In this document: one piece after another, positions 1 through 11,943 of the stretch
Layout: the number at the start of each line of letters is the position of its first letter
Position numbering within the stretch: position 1 is the stretch's first letter
Assembly (NCBI GenBank): GCA_000934665.2
Contig: JYFJ02004222.1
Location: 1 to 33,782, forward strand
Direction: 5' to 3'
DNA length: 33,782 nucleotides
DNA from: Catajapyx aquilonaris
Lineage: Eukaryota
The notes under the pieces: model-generated
Told to the model about the DNA's origin: nothing
The model's database searches: none
Seen by the model: the letters and a program-made list of their open reading frames with translations, nothing else
Made by a program: the position numbers and the translations under genes

Positions 1-329
1 TTGCCTTTCCATATGGTGTAAATAAACTATTAGTTGCATCTGGACGTTACGTGCATTATTCCCACCACCTGACGGACCAGCACCTTTCTGGTCGACATAT
101 ATAGCCGCAACTGATTTTTCTGTGCAATCACCATTTACCCGGCAAAAAAATAAATTATAATAACTAAACAGATATATACGAAAGGGCGAAGAAAATGCAG
201 CTTATTCTTCAGGAGTATGCTATCTCATAAAACTACCCTTATATCGTCATGTGTAGTTATACTGCCACAATGCATTTAGCTATTGCTCACCTGCCAAATG
301 AAGTTACCATAATGTGGAGTGTTGCATTA

Positions 330-1385
330 GGCATCCCAGACGAAGCGCATAAGGAAGGGTACAGCCAAGGGGAACCATGGCTCTATCAGCCTTACGGGGG
401 GAGAGATATACTCCTCAGTGGGTTGATATCGCACATGTTAGAGAACAAATTAAACAAGAGAGAATAGTACGAGAACAAACTATGAATGGTCTGGAATTAA
501 CCAGGATCTTTTGCCAGAAAAATATAAATATTTTTTCTGATACTCATACAACCATTCCAACCTTATTTTCTGTTTGATGAGAATCATATTCAGAGCATGA
601 GCACTCTAGAGGATAATCCAATCAATTTTGCTGACAAATTGGGAGGTGAGAAAGGCGCCCCTGCGGAGAGAGTGATTTGGCATTATAAAAAGAAGCTATG
701 GTTGAGGAATAAACTGGATGACATTGAACGTGCAAATGCAGCTTGCCAGCCATTGTTTGTGGTAAGTCCACACCCATGTCAATATATTCCAAACCTGCAG
801 GAATTTTCCGCCAAATTTTGGCGACGTAATGCATCCAGATTTCGATTCTATTCTCTTGAATGGTCTTGTGAAATATTCAATGAAATGCTCAAGTGTTGAC
901 ACCGTATGCCCAAAAGGTTGTGCCTTACATAACTGGATTTGTGGTCAGAAGTGTGTGTACAGTAATAAAATGCCAAAAATGCATTGGAGCACTCTTCAAG
1001 ACAGACAATGATGCCACAGTCCGTGGCTCATTTTGTGATGATCATGTAATTCAAAGCCTCAGTGTGTCAGGTAAAGATAGTGACCAATATTCTCTTATTG
1101 TGAATAAAAATCGAGGTGGCCTTGTGTTTCTTTCCCGTGATGCAATATATGTATGTAAGCAAGCTGAACTCTATTTGACGGAAGAGCAGTCACAAAACTT
1201 GGCCAACCAAGTGTGCTTTTCATGGCCGCCGGAGGGGGGCGGAGTTTGTCACTGGCGTTATGCGTTTGCATGGCCAGGGTATCTAAGGTCCCCTCCAGAA
1301 CCTAAAACCTCCTTGGGTTCATGTGGTTCTCCCCTCCGCATCTCAGACGAAGCGCATAAGGAAGGGGACAGCCAAGGGGACTGAC
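330..1385 (+). repeat. Dispersed ~45-bp direct repeat (about 330-375 and 1338-1383)
   Basis: gcatcccagacgaagcgcataaggaagggtacagccaaggggaa versus gcatctcagacgaagcgcataaggaaggggacagccaaggggac. Confidence 0.9.
880..1200 (+). pseudogene. P-element/THAP9-like transposase C-terminal fragment
   Basis: Translation YITGFVVRSV..CQKCIGALF....LIVNKNRGGLVFLSRDAIYVCKQAE matches the YxAGYVxR / CxxC / K-x-RGGLxxPS motifs of P-element transposase C-termini. Truncated on both sides. Confidence 0.75.
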
Positions 1386-1959
1386 CCTCACCCTCACCCA
1401 CCCCCAACGACTGAAGACACCAAGTGACCAAGCTACCATACACATATGTGGTAAATCTACACACTGTGTTCTACGAGCTTCACATGGTTTACCGACTGGC
1501 CTATAATATTGTCGTTTTTTTTGCAGTTAAGCTTCTGTCTTTCGGTGGAGAAATCAGATGGAAAGATTTCTCATACGACACTCCAGCGAAACTGGAAGCC
1601 ACCTGTCACATACTAATACAGATAGTGATACAGTCCAGGATGAGCAATTTCAGCCCCACACCGGCCACACCAGCCAAGCGTAAAGGAGAGAAACACAAAG
1701 ACGATGGAGGGAAAAGGAACTGCAGTGTAACAAAAGCGCTTGTTGACAAAAGGGCACGTGAATACAAGTGGATTGAAGTACTACACTCGGTGTGAGTGAG
1801 AGAAGGAGAGGTGGACTGGAAAGTGGAATTCAGCGCCAATAAACCGTTACATGTGAGTCAAATTAATATCTATTACTGAGCAACCAAGAAGACTCGTGAA
1901 TGTGACAATTCACGTATCAAGATTAAATGCAAGATGAATTTGAGTTCCAGGGTCAAGTT

Positions 1960-2495
1960 ATCAAAGATACCAAAAAAAGGGTAGAAATGCTGTAGAGAAG
2001 GTAAAGTTGTCCTTTGTAGGACAGTTGGTTAACAACCTTGATGAACGTTTTGCAGATGTTGGAAAACTGAAGTTTTTCACGGTGTTACTGCCAAGAAATA
2101 TACCAAGTGTGGACCCCGATACTTTCCTAACATATGGTGACAAAGACATATTAGATATTTACATGATGTTACAGTCACACTTGGAAACTCGAGACACTGG
2201 AAAAAATAGTTTGCTTTTGGAATGGGTATGTTCAAACGGGTATTTAAAAGTCTATGTACCACAGGTATGTCACTGGCAGCAGCTCACAAATTCTTCATGA
2301 CAAATAATTTAATGTGTGAGTACCCTGGTATGTCGGCCATAATTATGTCAATTTGGATTGACAATTCCAGTTCACACTGTTGATTGTGAAAGGGGATTCA
2401 GCCAAATGAACCTGACAAAGACAGATATTCGAAACAAACTTCATGTGAACAATGTAAGCCATCTCATGAATATATCTATCAATGGGCCTGAGAGG
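1960..2495 (+). pseudogene. hAT transposase C-terminal region with dimerisation domain (ZNF862-like)
   Basis: FVGQLVNNLDERF..LKFFTVLLP, then from 2361 TIPVHTVDCERGFSQMNLTKTDIRNKLHVNNVSHLMNISINGPE, the classic hAT dimerisation motif. Frameshifted. Confidence 0.88.
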
Positions 2496-2548
2496 TCACG
2501 GATGTGTCTCACATTTGCAGTATTGTAAGTTATTGAAACCACCTAGTC

Positions 2549-2775
2549 ATGCCGAAGATAAAACAAACGTTTTTATCAAACCGATTGGCTACTCAACCCT
2601 CAATTTTATGGCATTGTTGAGGCGAAAGTGAACACGGAGGCGTTTTGTTCCCTCTGCACGAAGTCCATTCACCTGGCCAACATGGGAGTTCAAGCACTGA
2701 AGAGTCATGTCAAAGAGGGGACGAAGCATCACAAAGCAGTTTCCCTTCGGAAGGCGACAGCTGATATCCGGCTGT
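2549..2775 (+). pseudogene. hAT-type N-terminal BED-like C2H2 zinc finger fragment
   Basis: EAFCSLCTKSIHLANMGVQALKSHVKEGTKH (CxxC...MG..AL.SH....KH) at about 2637-2730. Confidence 0.7.
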
Positions 2776-3766
2776 GAAATGAAAAAAATAAATCAGAACT
2801 CTTTCTATTCCTGGGGCAGGCATTTCTGAGAAATATTTCTGAAGCTACTGTGGTGACAACACCGGTGACAAAGTGTCCACTTCTGATGGTTTGTGCACCT
2901 CAATCGCGGGGAAGACATTTGATATGGAAGAGGTTGACGGTCGTCTTGTATGGCACGCTAAAGATATGGTTGAGAATGGAGCTACTCACATCCTAGTCAG
3001 ATCTTCAGACACAAATGTCTTGGTTCTCTTCATATCGTATTTCCACTTTCTGAAAGCGAGTGGGCTAGAAGAACTTTGGCTGCTGACTGGCACAGGAAGC
3101 AAACGGAGATACGTCGGAGTGCATAAAATTGCAGCTGCTTTGGGCAGTGAGAAATCAGAAGCTGTTCGTGGCTTCCATGCATTTACAGGTTGCGACAGCA
3201 CTTCTTTCTTCACTGGCAAAGGCAAGAAAACGGGTTTCAAAACATGGTCGTCCCATCCTGAGGTAACGCCTGCATTTTTGACACTCTCGAAGCCGGTGCC
3301 TGAGCTACCTGATAGCACAGTGGATCTTCTGGAAAAATTCATTTGTCATCTATATTACCCCCACACAGAATACTCTTTTGTTCATGAAGTACGAAGAGAG
3401 TTATTTGCTACCAAAAACACATTCGTACAGTTTATTCCACCAACATCCTCGGCTCTGAAGAAATATGCCCTACGTGCCACCTACCAAGCAGGCCATTTGT
3501 GAGGCAACGCAATGACGTACGACGTCACTTCTCCTCCATCTTCATCGTCTTGGGGCTGGAAGCTATCCCATGGCATGTGGGTGTCAAAATGGTCTGAGGT
3601 CAGTGAAATATGGGAAGAGCTGTCCAGCCTTGACCATTGTGGATGCAAGAGTGGGTGTGAAACCATGCGCTGTGCATGTCGACGAGTTGGGTTGCCCTGT
3701 ACACTTCAATGCAATGATTGCAGAGGAAGTTGCAAAAATCAAAGGTTAATAGCAATTACTTCGTAA
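2775..3766 (+). pseudogene. Academ (AcademX-like) transposon protein C-terminus: XPG/FEN1-like nuclease plus Cys-rich (CXC-like) finger
   Basis: NKSELFLFL; EEVDGRLVWHA (HEEADT-like); ILVRSSDTNV; FHAFTGCDSTSFFTGKGKK (H3TH); IPPTSSALKKYALRATYQAGHL; WGW; CGCKSGCETMRCACRRVGLPCTLQC..C...C. In-frame stop at about 3500. Confidence 0.75.
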
Positions 3767-5357
3767 ATATCAGGAATACCATACTAACGTCATGATGTCT
3801 CTGTCTGCAGATCATCGTGGCCTATCGAGGATGAACATCTATCGAGGAGGAAGCAACAAGCAAGAACTAAATTACAACAGGCGCATAGCAAGATTGTGCA
3901 TGTTTGTGAATACTTTTTTTTAATGTACTTTGATTTGGTTCATGATATTAAATAATTGTGATTCTAATTGTCATTGTCATTAATTTGCTTATTTATAATT
4001 TTGTTCACATTCATAAAAACCACCCTTTTACAGAATGCTTGTTATGCCTAACCTATACATTTCTAGCAAATGGGAAACACCATCGCTAGCTTGCATAGCA
4101 GTTCCATCAAAGCCACCAATATTGCTCGCATGAAAGTTCCAGTAGAAATGCACACGCACTATACGGAAGACGAGAATTAACGTGCCATGTATACATCAGC
4201 ATCACAAAATCATCCCTGAGCATGTCTCACCGGGTCCTCTGCAGCAACCAAAATTATGAGTAATTACGTAGCAATATTTGCACTGCCTGCTACTAAACAC
4301 TTGCATTCTGACTAATGTGGCACTGCTGGAACATGCAGAAATTACATAGTGCACAGGATGCAACTTGTGGCATGCCGTGAGATTATGTCATGTCCGCCAG
4401 AACAGGCTAGAAATAAAGGAATCGCTCGCCTTCCTGGCCGAGCCCTGCGGCTCCTCCAGTTGTGACCCTCATGAGTAAGATTAAGATATTTGTGCGCATA
4501 TGCAACTCGGCTATTGGATTGCATAAGAACAGCGGGAAATATGTAAACATCCATGTTCAGTGATTTCTGGGTCGATCGATCATCTCACTTCTCCTGCGCT
4601 AACACCAACCTACCCACGCGACACAAAAAGGGGCAGACTCGAGTAACAATTAGAAAGATTTTTTGGGGTCCTTCCTGCGGGTCCAATGATTCAACAGGCA
4701 GCCATAACATGAACGATCGCTGGTGAATATTAGCTAAACCTTCACCGCAATAAATTACTCAGTAAAAAGCCAAATTTTGAGTGAAATATGAACTACTTTG
4801 GTGACCGTATGCTACGAAACTCAAGATTTCTAAAAGCACCTTATTAGTTGAACACTAAATGCTCAACAGGGTATAGTAAGGGTAATCTCAAAAGTTAAAC
4901 AGTAAGAGAAGCTGGTTTTGTTTAAAACGAATACTTACACGTATAACCTATAAGGTTGCCATACTCCATCTTCGGGGGCAGCAAGAATGTAATGAGAACC
5001 GGATCTAAGGCATCCTTCACCCAACCACCCAATGACGATGGCCGATCTCTGATAGTTTGAGAAGGCATGACTCCTGGCCACAGGTGTCAAGAGCGAGACA
5101 TCTGGAAAGACGAGAAAGGCCCCCGTTCGGGAATCCACACCTGAACTGGAGGATAATCTAACTGCAGAACAAAGGAAACAACTGAACTGAAGAGGAGCAG
5201 ATGGAGTCCCACAATACACAATAATTCTGAGAAAAAAAAGACAACGTCACCATTGCTTCCACCATCCCAGAAACATCTCTCATTCAATATTATGCAGGAA
5301 CGGAAACCTATTTCTATTACTTTCGTACTGTACTGCCCCGAACTGCCCCAGTCAGTT

Positions 5358-5790
5358 TGTCGCAGGGATCTTAGCCTACTGTGGGTACCGTAGTCGCTGG
5401 GCCAGGGTATCAGGGTGTCAATCCTTGGGCGCTACTGGGCTTTAACCTCAAGAGAGGTGGAAGGAGACTGTTGTTTGGTTTGCGGCCGCCATATTGGTTG
5501 GCGGTTCGTTGCCGGCAGGGTCTGCTCCTGGATAGCAGTTCGAGAAGTATCGGATTAGCCGAGACCTAGGCGAGGGCGGGGCGTCTCTTTAGGCGCTCCG
5601 AACGAGCTTGAAGGCCACAGGGCCCAACTGTAGATCGATTGCCAGGGCGTGGCCCTGGTCGTCGGCTGCTGTTCGGGTTCCGGGAGGGGAGTGAGCTCTC
5701 GGGGGTCCCGAACACTATTGGGAGTGCCCCCTTGAGCCGACTCAGGCGAACCGAGGTGGCGGCCGCGCCCCTTCAGGGCAGAGGGAAAGA
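5358..5790. mobile_element. GC-rich possible LTR or retroelement UTR remnant
   Basis: Sharp GC-rich block starting TGTCGC. No partner LTR or TSD found. Confidence 0.25.
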
Positions 5791-5924
5791 TTAATGCAAA
5801 AATATACTGTAGTTGCAATATGTTAATTTCTTACATGATTGTGAGTGCCTCGTGAGTGAGACAGCCGACCATGGTGACTGCTCGCTGGATTTTATTCTTG
5901 CCAGCTTGGGCCTAGGTTCTTTGG

Positions 5925-5953
5925 AGGGACTACCTAGTGAAACACCCTGTATA
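5925..5953. mobile_element. Orphan Tc1/mariner right-hand TIR end
   Basis: gaaacaccctg|ta is the reverse complement of TA|CAGGGTGTTTC, the same terminus type seen at 25460 and 28349. Confidence 0.45.
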
Positions 5954-7159
5954 ACCATACGTTTCAAGGGAGTAATGAAAATGACCTTTTAAATACCACA
6001 AACATGACATGAAATTGTATTATTTTCATGGCACTTTCTAATGCAGACAATTGTCTGAAAATGGTTCTTCGAAGCACATATGGAATTAGCAGTGCAGCGA
6101 AAATATGAACATTGTGTTCCAGCTTACAAGTATTTGGAAGATTTAACCCTCATTCGTACGCAGGTTTTCACCTCAAACCGAATGACTACTATACCCCCAT
6201 CCAGACATCAGCGAACAGCCTGTCTTCACATTGGGAAGATCAAGACAAAATTCTGGTGGGAAGTTGTGCAATACACAAGAGTAAGCAGCCAAGTACATCA
6301 TTCCTGTGGTATAATACCAGTGTTTCATTTTATTTTATCAGCTTTTTAAAGTCTTCCTTTTTTTAAAAAAAAAACATTAGTGATCGAAAGCAATGTCATT
6401 CCTGTTGTATTAATAATAATTACCAGGAGAGAACAGGCCCATTTAAGGGTCATGCACACTCCAGCGAACTGTGAAACAAAGAGATCCTTGTTTCACATTG
6501 ACAGATCAGAGAATATTAGAAGCCTCACATCCCCTAAAAACATTGCGAAGTTTTTGCAAGCATGTATTCAGTTAATGCATTGAAATAAAAATAAAACATG
6601 CTAGACCCCTTCATTCCAATAGTGTCAGGAATGCTTACGTATGAAACCAGTCTTGCTGTATCAATATCATAAATATTTTTGGCAAAAACATGTGAGAAAT
6701 TTAATTACATCCTGTCAATCAGCAACACAGCGAAACAGATCGTCTGATGGCGGCTCATGGACGGTTACCGCGTCAGCGGCCGGATAACGAGGCCAATGCT
6801 GCCATCCGGGAGATTGTCGAAAAGGATTGGTCGTACACATCGCGGAATGGGAAGCAACTGCGTTTGCATGGCAGAACGATCCAGAAGCCGTCCAGGAAAT
6901 GGCGAGGTTGGAGGCGGAGTGGGCCAAGCAGAAAGAGATAGAGCAACTGGAGATGTGCGAAGTATGCCGGTATGCGAGGAAATATTCTTCAAAGAGGAGG
7001 GCGCAACAATGTTTCCCTGCGGCCATTAACATTCAGCAAAACCAATTCTACAACACCACTTCATCCCTAACAGATAATCATTCCAGCCAGTATCAAAACC
7101 ACTCCACTGATCATCATGTTGAGTCCACTTCTAACAAAACTTTTGTACGGTTAGTGACA

Positions 7160-7908
7160 CAAAGTAATTCTCCAATGGTAGAAGTCAACATTGGTAAATA
7201 GAACCGCCTTATTCCTAATAGACACGGGAGCAGCTGTGTCAATTGTCACACCCTCTCTTTTCCAACATCATGAAGAAAGTTATGACAATTACATTAATAT
7301 CCGACTGTGCAGCGCTTCAGGTGATGTGATAGAAACTACTGGTGTGCATCAGTTCACCTTACAATTAGGTACCCGTCCAATTCAGCATATTTTTTGGGTA
7401 GCTGACATGGACATTGGTCCAAATTGCGAAAGAATCATTAGTCTTGACATCTTGGACCAATACCACATAAATATTTTTATTGCTGATGGTGCAGTAGAAA
7501 TAGATGGAGAATATGTTCCACTACTAGGAAAGAAAACTCCCAATAATTCAACTGTCCATTGGACAGAAGATCTACCTATACCACCTAGGTGCGAAGCTTT
7601 CATTCAAGCGAGAGTTAACAATGTTCGTGAATCGACAACCAATCTAGTCATAGAACCAGTTGGTAGCAATTATTCGGGGTTGACAATTGCATCAAGCCTC
7701 GTTACAGCTCAAAATGGAAACATCCATATTAAGAGTTTTAAACTCTACAAACTTTCAGATAAGAATTCCTAAAAACACCATTGTAGCCAAAGCAACACCA
7801 CACGTGGCTCATCCTAAAAATTTTCTCACTAAACCCACCTCGGATTGGTCCGGACTAAACAAAGAAAACCTTAGTCTAGACGAGGACAAAGCACTCATAG
7901 ATGTTTGA
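7160..7908 (+). pseudogene. Ty3/Gypsy retropepsin (aspartic protease) and downstream spacer fragment
   Basis: ALFLIDTGAAVSIV catalytic motif, LCSASGDVI flap, IISLDIL, then IPPRCEAFI..LVIEP..LTIASSLV..IRVLNSTN..IPKNTIVA. Frameshifted. Confidence 0.85.
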
Positions 7909-8317
7909 AGATATCATCTTGGGCTAAGAGGATATTAAAACGCTAATATTCACTTTGAAAAACAACATGAGTTAGTGGTAGACATACAGTACCGAGCATG
8001 TGGGCGCCCCTTTCCCGAGCGCAGCCAGCGCAGGAAACCACGAGCGGTACTGTGTCAAATTGCGAGGGGAAACACACCCTGATACCCCCAGAAGGAAACC
8101 CGGAACAAACAAAGAGTGCAAGAAAGCGAGGCCTCAGCTAGGAAACTTGCCAGCACCCAAGATGACTCTGAAAGTAGAGTATGTCAACATTTTCACGCAG
8201 CCAGAACTGAACACTTGAGCAATCTATCTCGATACCCCCCTGTTCCTTTTTTTTTTCTTCTTACCTATTATCTACAGGGCCTACGGCCCACAACGGGGAA
8301 CATAATAATTAAAAAAG

Positions 8318-8394
8318 GTAAGGCATTTGACTCAGTCCCCCACAAGGAGCTATTTGAATGCTTGAAAAAAAATGGTCCTAGGAGGAAATTTTAA
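8318..8394 (+). pseudogene. Non-LTR reverse transcriptase micro-fragment
   Basis: KAFDSVPHKELFECLKKNG matches the LINE RT motif D..KAFDSV.H..L...L...G. Confidence 0.65.
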
Positions 8395-9263
8395 AAAAAT
8401 CTCCTGCAAAGTATTTATGCTAATGCGAGATTGACGAGTGCCAGCTGCGTATGCACAAGAGATACGAGTAAACCAGGGTTGTGAGGCGGTGGTGGCGGCT
8501 TGGGGCGCGCCACTTGCAGGTGGCATGGAGAGGGAGTGGTGGCAGTAGGAGGAAGATACACCTCTTTTCTATAGCGATGACTACATTGAAGCGTTTCCAT
8601 GAAGCCAAGAAGAAGGACCTCCAGGAAAGCATAAACGAGCTCACGGAAAGGATCGGCGCTATTGAAACTCAGGACCAGTGGCCAAGATGAGTTCCACGGT
8701 GAGGGAAGAGGAGAAGGATGACCCGACAGGGAATGAGGCCAGTGTCATCTCAAAGGCTGAAGTTCTTGCGGAGGAGGAAGTCGGGTGGGAAAGTTGAAAG
8801 GTGAGTGTTTTTCTGGCTGTGTATTGGAGGACGAGTAGATAGCAATAAATGTGAGTAAAAGCCCGCAATTGCAGTTCACTTGTGATAAGGTAAGCTGTTT
8901 ACCCGTTGACCTGAAACCACTAAGTTGTAAATGGGTAAGTGTTGAACCCAATGGAGAGGGTATCTTGTACGGTACCCCGCTCCCACAGGGCAGCAATTTC
9001 TTTTTGAAAATCACCCAACACATTTGATAAGATTCTGTATTTCATTGAGACTGAATACTAAATTTGTATGGTGCTTTGGAACTAGAATAATATGGACTCC
9101 CCCATACACATGCACGTCATGTAATACTACAGAACCCTTTATATGGTATCACCTATTGTTTAGCTGCTCCTTCATTAGATGGGATAAAGAGTAGCCTACC
9201 CAGTACCCCCAATATATAAAACATTTGATTGTTAGAGCATTCGACCTCCCCCTCATTGCTAGT

Positions 9264-9504
9264 ATGTATAATTTCTGTAGATATTTTGTAAAAAAAAATT
9301 AGAATTGTGTGATATTGTTTTGGTCGATGAAGTGCCGGAGGGCTGGTCAGATTCCAATTGGTAAAGGGGGTCTCAATTTGGACGGGTAGTAATAGCCAAA
9401 TCTTGGTATATTTGTAATGCTTCTATAATATGTAAAGAGCCCCCCTGAAAAGGCACACAGCCCAACAGGATAACCATAAATTGAAATTGGAAATTGAAAT
9501 TAAT
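9264..9504 (+). mobile_element. 5'-truncated non-LTR retroelement (LINE/SINE 3' end) with TSD
   Basis: Ends in an (ATTGAA)n-like tail. Flanked by the 14-bp direct repeat ccctcattgctagt at 9250-9263 and 9505-9518. Confidence 0.8.
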
Positions 9505-11733
9505 CCCTCATTGCTAGTGATATCAACGCAATTCAGGAAAACTACGAAGAATTATGAGCAAAGTTATCTCACAGAGTATAATCACGAGGGGCGACCAATC
9601 TTGACGGATTGACCAGAATGCCCCATTTTCCGTAAATTCACACTTTGACAAAAGCAAGGTGGATAAGGTGAGGACCAAATATCACAAAGACGAGCTTACA
9701 TTGTCAAATACTGAATAATGGAAGCTCTGTAATGCAATAAATTTTTTTGGGCGCATCAATAGCCATGAGTACATAATATATATATTACGATCCCAATGGT
9801 GGGTGCAACCCCTCAGGAGGGGAGTGATATTTGCAGGTGGCCTCGCTCAATTACGTACTTAGGACTTGCTGGAGGAGAGATCTAGTGAAAGTGAACAGGA
9901 AGTGAGCCGAGTGAGTTAGATCCAGACCCAGGTACAACTATTTTAGTACAAACTAAAGTTGTCACATCACGTGTAGGTATTGCAACACGACATTTGAATT
10001 TTTTCCTTCTTGTGACATGCGCACTATAACAAAAGGTAGGGTCTAATCAACCACAATGGATGCTTTCAATAATTGAAAGCGTTTATCAGCAACTGATTGT
10101 GGTCACACAACTCTAGTAGGCCTAGTCGTTACTTGTGCATATCTCAAAGTATCAATAACTGCACCGATTAATCACGGAAATAATCAAGGTGTATGGCTCA
10201 AGTTACTCGGCAAATGAAAACTAATGCAGATCTCCACGAAATCATGACGGTCTCCTCGGTGGGAGTACGCGTCCTTCAACAGGAGGAAGATAACCTACCG
10301 CAGAGTGGAGTAGGTCCAATTATACTAACACTTATTAAATATTATATTATGCAGCGTTGAGACGCCAACGAGTCTATTCACCACTTGGCTTTGCATCATG
10401 TGCTTAAGAGCAGTGAAGCTCAATACTGAGGCAAATATCCCCGCGCTGCATATTTCTGTTGAATAATTATTACGAACTGTTATCATTCGCTTAAGTGATT
10501 ACAATATCCATCTCCTCGGTTACCTCTGGCGACCATGACAAAGCTGCGGAGTCCGAGATTGACACACAGTTGGACAAATTGCCGACGGATGGATAAAAAC
10601 ATTGTACGCCGCAATATGATTTGAATCCTCAGCAGAGTCAATCTCCTGGCATGAGAGGATTTCGCATTACACTGCTGTAGTAGCGGTATCCGGTTCATAT
10701 TATAATCAACCTCAACTCCATATTATTGTATAAGTCTACAGGACACAACCAATTAATAGCCAAATAACAACTGACGGTGACAGTAGATGAAACAGTGATC
10801 TCAAAACAGATTCCTTACACAAATTGAAACCAAAACTCTTGTACTACATCATCAAGTGACACCAGCACACCTAGATGATCAAACCCACCAACGAGGGCCA
10901 AACAAACAAGCTTAGAGTACAAGCCAATAATTAGGAGGCAAAGTGGTCAGTAATTCTTCCCCACTTGCAAGCCAACAACCAAGACTTGATTCAACAACTA
11001 CACGAGGGGAACAATATGCTCAGAATGAGTTGGGTGAACATATTCTCTCATGAAAGTGCGTCGTCGGGGAAATTCTATGCAAGCAATCCCAATTTAAGTG
11101 CATTTGCCAATCACTGGTGCTCATCTTCTCATAATCAGGCTTCCACTTTATGTAAGTCATTATTACTTTCGGACACAGCACTATTGACAGTCAGAGTAGA
11201 TGCAACATGTCCAAAAAGTAGATGTGGACAAAGTTGCATACTACGTACATTTTAATTTGATTTAATTTGCCTTGTTATGTAGCATGCTCAATGGACCAAA
11301 CAGTAACGTCTTATCAATCATAACAATTCATACCAATTGTTCACACGGTGTCAAGAGACAAGACTCCCGCAAGCAAACCGAAAGAGCCAGCCAAGAAAAA
11401 AGCAAGACTCGTACACTGATATCGAGGATCGGTTGCCATCACCCGCACTGACCAAATACTGCCCTTCACTTTTCAGATCTAGATACTACATAAAATCATT
11501 CTCCAGAACATGGGAGGTAGTGTGGATAAGTGAAAAAAGCTGATCATGGAAAACCTCCCTAGTTGTCTCTGGCTAATTCGTACATGAAACGGACGCTTCG
11601 CATTTCATAATATCTCAGTAAGAGGGCCAAAGTGCTATTCTGAAACCATAATTATGTTATCTCCAGTCAATGGAATCAATATCTACCACTCCACAGTTCA
11701 ACAGAAAAGGGCCAGGCAAAAAGCGAAGGAAGG

Positions 11734-11943
11734 GCCAGGAAGGGACAAGGGGGTGATCCCATTTGAGTTGATGGGAACGCCTCTGAAATCCCCTTCCTAT
11801 TAGCCATAGTGTGCAAGTTTCATTTATTTTGATGATGCTGATGACGGCCAAATGCCAGGAAGAGGGACAAGGGGGTGATCCCATTTGAGGTGATGGGAAC
11901 GCCTCTGAAATCCCCTTCCTATTAGCCATAGTGTGTAAGTTCA
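11734..11943. repeat. Tandem duplication of a ~90-bp unit (period about 120)
   Basis: gccagga..agggacaagggggtgatcccatttgag.tgatgggaacgcctctgaaatccccttcctattagccatagtgtg at 11734 and 11854, near-identical. Confidence 0.92.

Noticed and set aside
4080..4860. Academ right terminus / TIR
   Set aside because: No partner end or TSD in the window to confirm it.
5140..5200. NLTAEQRKQL as a Gypsy protease-RT linker
   Set aside because: Very short, with no adjoining RT motif.
8550..8620. IAM/DYIEAFP as a Gypsy integrase remnant
   Set aside because: It needs a frameshift and a deletion, and is too short to support.
11838..11870. ctgatgacggccaaatgcc as a Penelope-type hammerhead ribozyme
   Set aside because: It lacks the GAAA core and closing stems.
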